Source of the DNA: Tubulanus polymorphus
Taxonomy: Eukaryota > Animalia > Nemertea
Length of the DNA stretch: 64,000 nt
NCBI RefSeq assembly: GCF_964204645.1
Contig: NC_134027.1
Coordinates: 10,448,485 to 10,512,484 of the forward strand
Reading direction: 5' to 3'
The notes beneath the pieces were generated by a model. It was given only the letters and a program-made list of their open reading frames with translations. It was not told the DNA's origin and did not search any database. Below, in pieces: positions 1-12,840 of the stretch. The first letter of the stretch is position 1. Each line of letters starts with the position of its first letter. A program made the translations under genes and the position numbers.

Positions 1-14
1 CATATACTTAAGTT

Positions 15-292
15 ACCGGAAGTCACGTGGAAGCATCGGACGAGTATAGCAGAAAACGGAAACAAGAAGAGATGTAGGTAGATTCCAGACTGCAAACAAG
101 CCGGCACTCGGAGCCAGGAAACTGACTACTAAAATTCTGACATCGAGTGTCCAATTGATTGTTTTAACATTACTGACATCTTTTCGGATGCTGGAGAGGC
201 AAGGCAAAAAGGCTCTTGATCCGCAGAGAGTAATTGACGAAAGCACGATCATCGTCGTGTGCGCATGAGCGAGCGACGCACAGCCGGAAGTG
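15..292. promoter_or_regulatory. Promoter/enhancer-like patch at the window edge
   Basis: ACCGGAAGTCACGTG at ~15, an NRF1-like TGCGCATG at ~260, and GCCGGAAGTG at ~283. Confidence 0.35.
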
Positions 293-1248
293 AATACTCA
301 AACCTGGTTACGTTCGTATAATAAAACAGTACTGGAAAATTGGTTAATATGCAATAATGTGGAAATATAGTGGACGTTTTAATGAACCCGGAAAATGGTT
401 CTTAACAATAGCACGCTAATTCAAAACCGTTAATTACAACTATTTTTCTTTGATTACTCCAAAGCGCGAGTAGCAGGCTTAGCAGGCAAGCCGTAATATT
501 ATATAGTATAGGCGTCATGATAATTTTGGTCCAATTTCGGTTTATTGACTGTAAACTTAATTCGCTAAAGTGTAACTTGATATACGAGGTTATTTTTCAT
601 CAGCATCAGTATTCAAATGTGGTATGAAGTTAATGTACTGTTTACTCAAGGTGCCATTGCGTGTCTTCAATGGTTACTAATCGAACACCCTATACCGCTG
701 GTTTTATATGTTTTAGATGTCGATACGCCAGAGAACATGGCCATTAGTAACGATTATTGCGCCGACGCTATTGACTTTGCCATCCTTCTATCTATACTTA
801 GCCAAATGCGAACGGAAGGAAACTTTCGTGTTACGGGGAAACTAGCAATTTCCATGTTCCTGAACAACGATTTTCTTCTCCTTGGTCCATCTAATGATTG
901 TCGTTATTAGCGGGGCTTTCAGACTGACTTTTGGGGTTGAATAGACGCTAAATTGCGACCGCACGGCTACATTTCACTCGGCTAGTTAAGTCTTTATCGT
1001 TGACTGTACGGGTCATTAATTCTCGAGGTCTATTTTGCTAACAACCGCCATCTTACGAACGTATTATACGCGACGACGTGCACCCTACGGAAATATAAGT
1101 TTTCCGGTGTGACAGATCTTCACCGGACATCCTTTACCAAGTTACCAAATTGAGGCATTTCGAATCATGTTAGAGACTTATCTGATTCCAACGAGTTCGT
1201 ACGTCGGTTACAAAGATGTTTCGATCAAAACATTTCGACGCCTTAAGA

Positions 1249-1630
1249 CCGTAACAATAATATTTACTGATACCTAGTATGCGTTATATTAGGGGAGTCG
1301 ATGTCCACTACGTCATCAATATTGGCGTTTCAAAATAACAATTACAATTGTGTATTTTGACGTTCATTTTCTAATCAAATATATTTCATAAGCCTTATTT
1401 CATATTTGATAGATTCTAATGATACTTTTCGAGAATGTGCACCACGTCATCAATAAATCGGGGCTAGACTGGTTGCCGGTCAATTCAATTCAATAATCGA
1501 TATATTCAAATCAAAAATAACTTCATTGATCCTTAGTAGTGTATCATTTAAATTACATTATTCATTTTCGGCAATATTAAGCGAAATATTCCTAAAGGCG
1601 TAAATAAACTTTCAAGTTAGTTTTCTTGCT
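1249..1630 (+). mobile_element. Dispersed repeat family A, copy 1 (~380 bp)
   Basis: Shares GATACCTAGTATGCGTT, a doubled GATGTGCACTACGTCATCAA, GGGCTAGACTGGTTGCCGGTCAATTCAA and a 3' AATAAACTTTCAAGTT with the other copies. Confidence 0.85.
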
Positions 1631-2085
1631 ACTAATACCTTCACAATCGTCATTTTATCACCGTCAGTTCGAACAGCTTTTGACGCGTAATAACGAGGGT
1701 CGATATTGACACGGGAGGTTTTTCTGCGGTGAGAGCGAATTCACATCATCAAATCACACGGCGCGACAAAACCATCTGTTTTTATCTGACGGGCAACGCC
1801 GAGTGATTATCCAACGCACGTAAATAAACACTGTAAAATTCACGCCGTTGCGGTTTGCAATAAAACGGATTATGATCTCCTACGTTTTCTTCATAAACAC
1901 TGCAGCGAAACGTCGCTTACATCACTACATCGCACCGCGAAATCCTCAACTTTCATTTACCGAAACTTTCATAAAAAAACTGCGGCACAAAGAGATTATG
2001 CGCAGATGTCACAGACTTTTTACGCTCTGAATTTTGGAAATTTTACTTAAGAGACGTTTGCGCCAAAATGAAACGCTGTGATTAC

Positions 2086-2355
2086 TCGGTGGTGGATCTA
2101 GAGTTTTCAAAGTGCAGGTGCTCTGCTGATCGTCCCCCAAAAAACCTGGGAAAATAAGTCCGTTTTAAGTTTTAAGTTTTAATAAGTTTTCATTCATTCT
2201 GAGTGAATATTTTAGGATCATCTCATAAGTTTAAAATATACCTTGTACTTTGTTATGTAGCGCTGGAAAACTGAAAGTAATAAGAAGGAAAGATTGTCTT
2301 GCGGGGCATTTCAATAGCAAAGCAACCCACAGCATCCTCCTGGATCCGCACTCTT
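2086..2355. mobile_element. Degenerate GGCGGATCYAG-type MITE; related copy at ~7618-7855
   Basis: GGTGGATCTAG ... CTGGATCCGC inverted termini; 7619 GGCGGATCTAGG ... CCTAGGACCCACTCCT. Confidence 0.5.
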
Positions 2356-3472
2356 TATAGTTTCTGTATTCCGTGCATAATCTTAATGGATGAATTGCTA
2401 TCAAAATTAAGTGGAATCTAATTTTGGAGATGGTTTCTTGGGCTTCTATAAGTATGATGGCCGAAAAGGGACCAGTTATTGTGCAACGTTTATCATTTGA
2501 CGCGAATAATTTCTTTAACGGGAAAATGCCCTTTTCAGCCACGATGAGCAACAAATATCAAAGTCAAATGCATCGATAAAAACTCGGAGGAACTATACAA
2601 TTCTCATCGATGTTTATTTGGGATTTCTTCGATCTGATGAACCTATACTATTCGCTATATGTTCGAGGCGTCGGGGATGCATTTATCGAGACGACGCCGC
2701 CGTCGTCATGTTTCACTGCTTGGTCGGCTTCTATTTTTCAGTGGAATCACGTTCCGTCGATGGTATATTGTCATGTAAATCATCGCTATTGCTTTTGTTT
2801 TATTAGCCAGCTCCGCTCTTTCCTGACCGGCGATTTCTCGATTTATATTCATTTCCTCAGCTGATTTCCTCGCTTCACTTTATTTTTCCTCGATCATCAA
2901 TAGCCGCGGCGATGTCCGCTCGGCGGCGTTTTCCATTCTAGTTTATATTGTTTATCCCATTTCACGAAGCCCATTGAAAGTCGCGCGAAGCACGAATTTA
3001 AAAGCCTTTCCTGGTACCTGTTTGACTTTATGATTCGAGACCATTAGTTACTTATATTTATGAAGTCGTCATATTTGCTGTTTTATTGACTTCCCTGTCG
3101 GTGTGGCATTAACTTTCATTTACGGCACCTATTAATCGCATAGCGCGGTTTAGATTGCGTTATACATCATAGATAACATGAAGTTTTCCGGGACCTAAGC
3201 CCGGTTTCCACTCAGCTTCCCCGTGTACACTGACGGCCATGTAACGACTCGGCAATCAACACTGTTGATTTAACGATAAGCTACGACAAACCACTGTAAT
3301 TACAAATATCATCGAATCGAGTTTTATTTCGTCGCGTTCGTATCGAGGATGTTTGATTCATTTTTAAACTCTAAAAAGAGCAATCCACGATGTGATTTAT
3401 AAATGAGGATCTTAGGTGATTAGCATCGTATCCACCCAATGTCGTCTGCTCCAAGAAAACCTTTTGTAACTA

Positions 3473-3634
3473 CAGTGGAATCTCGTTAGAACGACCTTGG
3501 ATATAACGATTTATCGATTTACTAAAATTTCGTCCCAAGTAAGACAATTTTAATGGTTTGATACAACGAACTACATCGGTTATAACAAACAGATTTTCCT
3601 GTCCCTGGAATATCTTTGTAACGAGGTTCCACTG
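3473..3634. mobile_element. Tc1/mariner-pogo (Tigger-like) MITE, 162 bp
   Basis: TA|CAGTGGAATCTCGTTA ... TAACGAGGTTCCACTG|TA: terminal inverted repeats with a TA target duplication. Confidence 0.9.
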
Positions 3635-4245
3635 TATTATTTCTGTGGAGAAAAAAATCACTCCGGCTCCAAAACAAAGTAATGTCGGCGCTTTACAAGG
3701 AGGTAAAAGCCGACATGTGTGCCTAACTAACCGGATAGGGAGTCATTTTTTTCTGAATTTAAATTCGTCATGAGCTTATAAGGGATTCTTTGTGTCCAGT
3801 CTGGCAGGTCATTTAGTTATTGTGTTCGAAGCATTCCTGGTATTTGTCATTTTTTTCTGGTGACCAACGTACAACAAGGCCATTTAACGGTCAACCGTAC
3901 GCTTAAGTTTATAATTGTCTTTCGAATTGTCCGGCCACGTGGAGGATATTATATGAAGATATCATCCGTAGAGTTCATTAAAAAATGCGAAAAGGTCACG
4001 CATTTTTTGCGTCGTCTGAAAGACGTGGCCGAACGGTCAATGCGGCTTTGTAATCGGACAACCTGGTGGGAGGAACTCTATGGAGTCTACGAATCTGAAA
4101 CACCGGTTGTCATGATGAAACTCCCTTTTTTGTTTGGGGCTCTCTCAAAAGGGTTTTTTTACAAGGTGTCGTATAGTTACTGATTAAATTGAATAATTTT
4201 CTGAAATGAACGTCCAATAACTGTCGACGTTGATGCCTACTTTCT

Positions 4246-4400
4246 CAGGCCCGTGCCGAGCTTTTTAAGGAGCATTTCTATTTCAAAGGGCACTTTTTCG
4301 CCACGAAAAGGGGAAATTTCCTATCAAAAAAGGACAGATCTTGAATACGATCAGATAACCTAAGCTTAAACAACGCCTCATTTATGATTTTTAAGAAAAT
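4246..4400 (+). mobile_element. MITE family E (CAGGCCCGTGCCGAG termini), partial
   Basis: Matches 24075-24402 and the reverse complement of 38470-38738. Confidence 0.7.
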
Positions 4401-4588
4401 CTAAAATCGGATGTTTCATTTGCAACTTTCAGTGATATTGTATTTAAGTACGCGTTTTACTGACTTAAACAGCGTTATTTTGGATTTAGAGTGGGCCAAC
4501 TTCCCGGGGCAAATACGATCTTTTCTCGATACTATTACTTTGGCCCGAGAATATCAAAGTATTCATTAATGCATTAGCATAGTTATGC

Positions 4589-4831
4589 AACGAGACGAAT
4601 AGTACTTTATAGGTTAACTAGTTTATCAGGCACACGTGCTTTCGCTACTAGTGTATAGCAGCTTCATCAGGTGAATGAGTTAATAAATACTCAATCCTCA
4701 ATCAGCTGATTAGGCTACTGTACACTAGTAGCGAAAGCTCGTGCGTCAATAAACTAGTTAACCTATAAAGTACTATTCATCTATTCCACGCCAGGTGTTA
4801 ACACCACTCCTCCGCGAATCTTTCAAAATAT
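4589..4831 (+). mobile_element. Fold-back repeat family B, copy 1
   Basis: Long palindrome GAATAGTACTTTATAGGTTAACTAGTTTAT...GCTTTCGCTACTAGTG / CACTAGTAGCGAAAGC...ATAAACTAGTTAACCTATAAAGTACTATTC, followed by a CCAGGTGTTAACACCACTCCTCCGCGAATC tail. Confidence 0.88.
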
Positions 4832-5621
4832 ATAGACCTAGCGGACACAAACTTTTAGGTTTACTATAGAGAGTTTGCAAATTTGTCGATGGTTTAATGG
4901 GCCCATATAATACTGCTCATAAACTGATTTTCTATGAAATGAATATCGTATTGAATTGAAATAACGAGCTGGCCGATTCGAAATTGAGTATAGGCAACAA
5001 TGGAAATTGGCTGCAAACATTTCATGGCCATCGTTGTATGTAATATTACTTAAATTCTGCATATATTCACCGTATCCATTGCCATCTCAATTAATATAGG
5101 AAAAGCGTTACGCGAGCGCCTAAATTATATTCAAAACACGACATCGGTAGCGCAGGCCATAGAGACACCGAAAGATGCAACGACGATCGCGCGCGGGCGT
5201 TCTGCCCAGATCACTGGTCCACGCGAGGTGTGCAGATCAATCCGATTGATAGAAACATCTCAAATGACCGGGTATTATTTCACTGCATTAAGCAACGACA
5301 ATATGAATTTAATTAGACCGCGCCGTTTGTATTCATACCGAAATGCGATACGCTCCGTCACCGTTAATTATATTCCACGGTAATATTGCGGTTCTAAATT
5401 ATAGTTCGTGAAAGCGAATTATTATATTGAGGCGGCCTCTGTGCGTCTTTATTAGTCAACAAGCGGCGGCCAGATTTTCGAGCATATGTTATTCTTGGGA
5501 GCATGGTAATTTCGTTGCCGGCGTCTAAACGCAGGCCCGTGGCTTAGCCGTGAAAGTCATTGAAATACATATGTTTGTAACTATTGATAAAACGCTATAT
5601 CCGTGCTATGAGGATAACCTA

Positions 5622-5790
5622 GAAAATCCCACAATAATAATGAGAAAATGTAAAGTCCGAAAATGTTTCCCAGAGCCAGTGGTTTATTGGAAGATGACTA
5701 TAAGAATATAGCCGGAACTTCGAATAAACTACTTGCTCCAGTAGGAAACATTTTCGGACTTAACATTTTCTCGTTTTTATTGTGGTACTC
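5622..5790. mobile_element. Palindromic MITE-like element
   Basis: CCACAATAA...GAGAAAATGTAAAGTCCGAAAATGTTTCC / GGAAACATTTTCGGACTTAACATTTTCTC...TTATTGTGG inverted arms of about 45 bp. Confidence 0.75.
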
Positions 5791-6713
5791 TCTACAACTA
5801 TTTCTATGTTTATCATTCTAATGACAGAAATAATGTAATGATTTTATCGTTCTTAGATAAAACTCTTCAACAACTAGAATATCAAAATTTTCACAATTCT
5901 TATACCAAAAATACATGTACTTTTTGCCTTATACCTATTGATAACGTTTAATGTTTAATGATGTATTTATGTCTTGAAATCCTAGCGAATGCATTCTTTT
6001 AAAGGCGATGCAGATTATATGGCTACGTCATAGTTTGATTGTTATTTTGAAACACGCGTAGGCCGCTGCAAAATCTTTTGAATATTGATGAAGATTTTGC
6101 GTACTAGAGAGAACGCATTGTTTCCTTCGCGAAGCCGAAATTAATTAACAAAGTTAACATTCGCCGTAAACGGTGCGTGAAATGGCCCCGATTTGCTGCG
6201 TGATAAGTTAAAATTCGAGGAAATGATGTTTTACTGTAAACAAAAGCGCCGTGCTACACGGTAACCTATCAAAATGGCCAATCAGCGCCGGTGCCAGGGC
6301 ATTATTAACCATTATGATTAATGAGCAACGGTTTTATATCGTGGCGCGTCGTAAATTCGAGAGAAAGTTAAAAGAATAATGGATTTTCTTCTGCGAACCG
6401 TTTCTTTTTCGATTACAAAGCGATGACAATGATGGATCTTGTTTTGTTGACTCGGTGTGTAGCCGGCGAAAAGGAAGACGAGCATGTCACGCGCGTCTAG
6501 ACTGTTTATCTTTCATCTGAGGAATATTTTCGCGCGATCGCCGTCATTGATTCGTAACGTATACGATAATTTGCAATAAAACAGTATCGCGTTTCGTCGG
6601 TCTTTAACGGTTCGATCTTTGGTCGGTGATTAGGCGTTGACGTGGCCGAAATTGACGTAGCGAGAAATTCTCTTCTCGTTATAGTGTATCAGGCTTTCTT
6701 TTACATCCTAAAA

Positions 6714-7060
6714 ACCGTTACAATATTGTTTGTATACATTGATACCTAGTATGCGTTATTTAAAGACTTCTGTCTGGGTCGATGTGCACTACGTCATCAA
6801 TATTGGCGTTTCAAAATAACAATTAAAATAAGAATGCGAATTTTGGCGTTTATTTTGAATTTAATTATATTTCATAACTCTTAATTTTGATTGATTTTGA
6901 TAATCATTTTTGAGAGGATGTGCGCTACGTCATCAATATATCAGGGCTAGACTGGTTGCCGGTCAATTCAATTCAATCATCAATATATTCAAATCCAAAA
7001 TAACTTTATTGTTCCTTAATAATATACAATTCATATCATATTATCATTCATTGTTGACAA
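6714..7060 (+). mobile_element. Repeat family A, copy 2
   Basis: Same diagnostic blocks as 1249-1630. Confidence 0.85.
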
Positions 7061-8929
7061 TGTTTTTTTTTGACTGCTTAATTTTGTTCTTGAGTTTCTA
7101 GATCAAAAATTGAGCGGAGGATTTTCATTAGTTATACAGAAAGCGAGAAAAGCGAATCATTGAGCATTGAAATATTGTCTATTACCGAGAAAAGCTATCC
7201 AGGATTCCAAACTTAATTGGGTATATCCAGACGACAATGAATAGCCTAAACATTTGACTTAAGAATTTAATGTATTAATTTACACACAATTTTGACCACA
7301 GTATAGGATAGGTTCTGTGACATCTTTACATCGCTATCTTCTTCGTCATCGTTGTGTCACATCACCTGAATAAGACCGACCGCGAAATTCTAAGCACACA
7401 CACGAAACAGGGAAAAAGGATTAACAAAAGCATGTCACCGTCGGTCCGCATCACTGTTTTGCAATTCACGATTCTACGTGGCTCGTATAGCTCAAGTTTG
7501 AGGTATATAGCCAGACGATAGGCCGAGAAAAAAAGTAAAAAAATAAATTCTATGTTTTATACCGTTCGTTGATATATCGTTTCATGATCATGATGGAAAT
7601 AGAATATGAAATAAAAAAGGCGGATCTAGGCTCTGATTCGAGCAGGGGTGCATCCCAATAATAGGGCACAATAACTTAATGGGAGCCCCAAAAGAAAAAA
7701 GGTCCGGAGAACATGAACTCATTTTTGGAAACACAGCGGACGAATATAAATTCAAACTTTTCTAGGTATCAGTTTAATAATTTGCATTTTCCGTGGAATT
7801 GACATTTTTGTGGGGGGGGGGGGGGTGTCGCACCCTCCCCTAGGACCCACTCCTCAAATAGAAATAGAGCCAGCAACAGACACTGGCTATCTGACTATTA
7901 TCAATTCTTCCAGATTATTCCCTTTTTTTAATCTTTCACAAAAGGTTTCACTCATTATTATGTACGGTAAACTATATTGGGAAAAAACTCCTCGTCGACA
8001 ATGAATTTGCTATTGTGCTTCCGAGATGACTAAATGGTTCATGTAATGGACACCTTTCCAAACCACCGAAACCGAAGTCGCTTCGGTGACACTGAATAAA
8101 TTTGGGTGTATTAATGTTTCAATGCGGTGTGCCATGTTTTTATAATATATCTGGCTGCCGGCGTAATTCACGGGTTAACCGAGTCTTTTGTCGGTGGAAA
8201 TTGAGATAACAACACCTGCCCTTTCTTCATATGTTTTCGTACGTAAAAACGCAAATTTCCACCCGAAATTGCCGAGCCTAGGAGGCATTCGGGGGTTCGC
8301 GTATTCAAACGCGTGTGAGCGACAGTCGACGAATTCCCAGACTAACAATTAAAAAGCCACGCGAGTCAAAAAATTAAGATATCGCAATATTAAAACACCT
8401 CGAGCCTTCTGATCGGATATCGCTTAATGTTCTAGCACTCAAACGAAATGAGCCTTTGCCAACCGCCTAGTTACCACGCGTGACGACTATTGGGGTTTTT
8501 TTATGAAGTGTCAATCGATTTCGTCAGCGACAAAGGTGGGTCTAATTTTGCGTATTGTAACCTTTGGGCTTTGATGTGTGATGTGCGATGATTGTAAAAA
8601 TTTGCGAAACAAAACCGCTTCATTGACGCATCAGTTTTTATCGGCAATAATGGAGAAACCGTGAAATCCGATTCACCGAGATAAGTGCTCGAACGGACCG
8701 CAAACAATGGCAGGAATTTACAGCGGAATCCGACAAAATGAACTAAAATGAACTCGATCCATTCTCTTCTTCTTTTTCGCGTCAATGGTGAATTATGATG
8801 TCATTATTCAGGTGGAACGGCATCTCATCTCTTACGAGCTAAATCAATATTTATCAGGGAATGAAGAATATTTACCGTTAATATCTAAAATCGTTGAAAG
8901 ATTTTAAGTACACTGCGCCAAAACTGTCA

Positions 8930-9237
8930 ATAGAACGGTACGAATATAGTACTTAATAGGTTAACTATAGTTTATTTGTCGCGCGAGCTTTCGCTACCAG
9001 TGTATAGTAGTTTCATGAGGCTAATAAGTAAAGTCAATCAAGTAACAGCAGTCACTTTGCCTATGAATGCTGTTGTTTCTCCATTGACTTAACTCATTTA
9101 CTTGATGAAGCTACTATGCACTAGTAGCAAAAGCTCGTGCGTCAAATAACCTAGTTAACCTATAAAGTACTCTATTCGTCTCGTTCTATGCATTATATAC
9201 CAGGTTTACACCGCTCCTCTACGGATCTCCAAAATAT
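8930..9237 (+). mobile_element. Fold-back repeat family B, copy 2 (longest, ~260-bp palindrome)
   Basis: Same arms and the same 3' tail CCAGGTTTACACCGCTCCTCTACGGATC. Confidence 0.88.
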
Positions 9238-10130
9238 CGAGGAATTAGAACTTTCTACCACATTTCTAATCACATTGTTCATTCGATCGGTTCGATGATG
9301 TCCGCTAAGACGTGGACTAAGCGGAGTTCTTCGTCATAAAAAAAGATGCGGGTTTGATGTGATCTTAGCCTCGGCATTGTTTGCAAAACATCGATACAAT
9401 GAATAGATTATTACTGACCAGGGGCTATCGCATGACACTGACCATTAACCACGCGTGTTCGCTCTGCGACGGGAACGGTTAGGCCCATTAGCCTAGTGTT
9501 TTTTCCTACCAGAATGACCGTCAACGGATAATCAGTCCCGCCATGATGCCCACTGGTCGACGGACACGTGTGCCGCTTTGCCGTCGCAATCAACCTGGCC
9601 GTTCCTCGCGGGAGGCTACCGTTATAAGTGCGTCTTTAGTGCGTCTTTATGTTGACTATGTTAATGACACGATGGCCGGTTGCTATGTCCCTCTAGTTCT
9701 GAACATTGTCTCTGCTCTGGGCTCTACCCCGTGCTGTGTGAGCATATTTTTCAGCGAACCTATGATCACACTTCGGGGAGACTATCATAATCATTTTTGC
9801 TGCGGGTGGTATTTTGGACCCATGCTGACCGGTACGATAGACGTCGCGGCGAGCGAGGTTTTACCAGTCTTGTTAATTTTTCGAGTATTGTATTTTAGTA
9901 CATTGTATCGAAGTTATAGGCTATGGTTCCCCCGGTTTCATTTGTTATCCTAACAATCTCCTATATCATTATCTGCGAGTCTTTATTGTTTTTTTTTTGG
10001 GACGGTCGTCAATCCTTTAATGCACGGACTGATTAAAATGTGGTTATACGTTGTGTTCGGGTACTTGCTTCGCTAAACCCAGCTTATACGGGCGATAGAT
10101 CATACGGATAAAGTTTAACCACCGATCCCC

Positions 10131-10387
10131 AATCAGTCGCTCGCTGGTTGAAGGAAAATTGTTTGAATGAACCGGAACCGAAATTTCCAATTACGTACTT
10201 CGCTTTAAATAAAAAAGTATATAAAATTCGACCGTTCAACTATATATCTGTACTTCGATTTCCGATTTCAAAATCAAACCCTGCTTTGATCCCGGCGGGT
10301 GTGGTGGGTTTGCAAGGGACACCAACTCAAAACAAATCAAACGAAATTTACCAACCAAATCAATAACAACATGCCCTATCTTAAGAT
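10131..10387 (+). mobile_element. Repeat family C, copy 1 (~260 bp)
   Basis: GAACCGGAACCGAAATTTCCAATTA-GTACTTCGATTTCCGATTTC-CCCGGCGGGTGTGGTGGGTTTGCAAGGGACACCAA blocks, shared with six other loci. Confidence 0.85.
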
Positions 10388-11425
10388 CAAAAGGTTTAAC
10401 CACTGAATTCAGCAACCTGATAAAAAACCGACAAAAATGATCCGGTCGCACGATCGGTTTCGTAGATGATTGTTAATGATCTATATATGCCTTTCGATAT
10501 TTTCTAGTTGCTGTTAAAAACATTCAAAACCGCTCGTATCCCAGTAACAAAGAACTCGTTACCGTATAACAGCGTATCGACCGACAGTGTTTACCGAATC
10601 GTGTTGAGGATGAAGAAAGGCCGTCTTCCTTCCCTCCATTTCCTTCGACGGGGCAACGGATATAATAACACTGAGGTGCAGAGAAAACTAGCGAAGTGTC
10701 TTCTGTTTTGCTTCCATTGCCCCGAGCATGCCATCATCCTCTCCATTTGAGTTATTATGTTTATTTAATCTTCGCTGCCGTTTTCGTGTATAACTTAATA
10801 TTCCACTTTGATGGCAATACGTTGTCGCGGCGCATTCACGAAAGAGACGCTTTTTTCGGTCGATTATTTTTGCCAGGTTTCCAATCGAATTCACCAGTGC
10901 TTTCACTTCAGAATACTGCGCGCATAATTTTGATCTATGTTAAACTAACGGACGAGTCTCATACGTAGTCGATCTAGGATTTCTCTCGCTTTGAAGAGTC
11001 GAAACGAAAATAAAAAGCCGTCAGAATTTCCCGTTTTCTGCAGTGCCGCCGGCAGGTAGATCAGTGTGTCCTGTGTAGCGTATGCGCACTTCCTTAGCAC
11101 ACATTTCCATTTATTATGACTTGAAATGAGGACCGTGGAAGCGGTAAAAGTCGAACATCACACCAACATGTCCGTAAATTTTCCTCCTGGGCTTTTGTGA
11201 TGAACTGATTATTAGTTTTCGCGGATTGTAATGTTAGCGGCGGTATATTGCAGTGATAAACGATCTGATTAAGTCTACCGATCGGATACCTTTTACCACG
11301 GGCTCTTAAAAACTGCTTCTAAAACAGGTCTAGCATTTCATTCGGGTATCAGGAAGGTTTACTTCTATACATTTGGGATATCCAGACCGGTGACCATTAA
11401 GAAGTAGAATTGTGTATTAGCGTAA

Positions 11426-11627
11426 ATACAACGAGATGTATAGTATTTTCTAGCTTAACTAGTTTTTGACGCACGAGCTTTCGCTACTAGTGTGTAGCAG
11501 CTTCGAAACTACCATACACTAGTAGTGAAAGCTCGTGCGTCAAATAAACTAGTTAATCTATAAAGTATTTTACGTCTCATTGTATCTATTTTTCACCAGG
11601 TTAACACGGCTTCACGAATCTATCAAA
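11426..11627 (+). mobile_element. Fold-back repeat family B, copy 3 (centre deleted)
   Basis: Same arms; tail CCAGGTTAACACGGCTTCACGAATC. Confidence 0.85.
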
Positions 11628-11811
11628 GGTCTAATGGTAGCGACGAAGTAATGACGAAGTCAACACGGGAAAAATGTGACAAGATTATGGGGCTACACGG
11701 GGATCGAATTCCACAGTTAGATTTAACTCTGAGTTAAAATCAGTTCTTGTCAATGTTTTAACTCTAGAGTCAAATGTTAACCAAGAACTTGTGAACTGGA
11801 TACCCAGAATA

Positions 11812-11988
11812 CAAATATATACAACTTTTCCGTTAGACATGGGGGCTACACGGATTATCGCTCTAATGGGAAAAGAGAAGCAATGAAGATAAGTGTCCTG
11901 CGCTGGGACACTACGGTAAAGTTCGGTGTTCGAACCCACGACCTGAATTCCTAGTTTCGAACGCTCTAACCGCTCGCCTACATCGCTC
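11812..11988 (-). mobile_element. tRNA-derived SINE
   Basis: The minus strand reads GAGCGATGTAGGCGAGCGGTTAGAGCG...GTCGTGGGTTCGAACACCG (A and B boxes), then GTGTCCCAGCGCAGGACACTT, resembling the GTGTCCTTGRGCAAGRCACTT hairpin of core-domain SINEs. Tail fragments recur at 11687 and 12010. Confidence 0.65.
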
Positions 11989-12654
11989 GCTCGAGATGAT
12001 TGCAAATGATTGCAAATACACAACTTTCCCGTTATTAAACAAAAGCGAAATGTCATCATCAGCCGAGGCGTCATCATCGCACGTATTATGTATAATCGTG
12101 AAATATTCGAATAGAATAACGAATAATCAGCGGAGATCGTTAATTCCAGGTTAATATAAGTTAACGACTTTAACGATTTGGCTTTTAGAACAAGACACAC
12201 GAGATGCATTATTCGCGATGTCACCGACACACTGCTGTGATTTCATGTATCGCTTCGGTGCCTCCAATAACATTATTTCATTAACGACGCGCCGGCTTGA
12301 TCTGGCGATGAAAGAGGCGGGAAATTGGAATTTTTCCTATTTCCAGTCTCACGGAACGCGCATGAAAGCTGTAATATGTCGCTTGCTGTGAGAAGGAAAT
12401 TCAACTTATGATTGGAAATGTGGGAAGTCGTGTTTGTCATCGGATCTCATCTTAGAAACGAACACGGAAGACTGGTTGCCACACGTCCTTCCGGGTCGGG
12501 AATAAATGGCTGACTGCGTTGTCGAAATGTTCTTATTTCTTATAGGTTATTTTGGTCGAACAAAAATGGACGGTCCGGGCCACGAGACGGAAAGTGAAAG
12601 GTTTTTGTGGTCCCGAATAAACTTCAGGGATGACCAAAATAAATCGACTTCATT

Positions 12655-12840
12655 CCGCGATCGTACGAGCATTTTGGCACGACAGTTACTGTTCACATCA
12701 GTGCTTGGGCCCATGCCCAAATTATTTAGCATGGGTCAAATTATTGCGTGTGAATTGCAACTTGTTCCGGAAGTGATTCACTTCGCTTTGTTTAAGCATT
12801 GTCTGTATCGAGTGAGTGGTTTACGTGTGAACCCGCTTTT
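12655..12840 (-). mobile_element. MITE family D fragment
   Basis: CCGCGATCGTACGAGCATTTTGGCAC...CACTTCGCTTTGTTTAAGCATTGT...GTATCGAGTGAGTGG, matching 41121-41250. Confidence 0.7.

Noticed and set aside
9543-9953. 136-aa plus-strand ORF
   Set aside because: No domain signature and no convincing splice context; length is compatible with chance.
11900-11988. Functional tRNA gene
   Set aside because: A and B boxes are present, but the acceptor and T stems do not pair properly and the sequence runs into a SINE-type body.
11685-12230. 181-aa minus-strand ORF
   Set aside because: It spans a SINE and a MITE and has no recognisable protein features.
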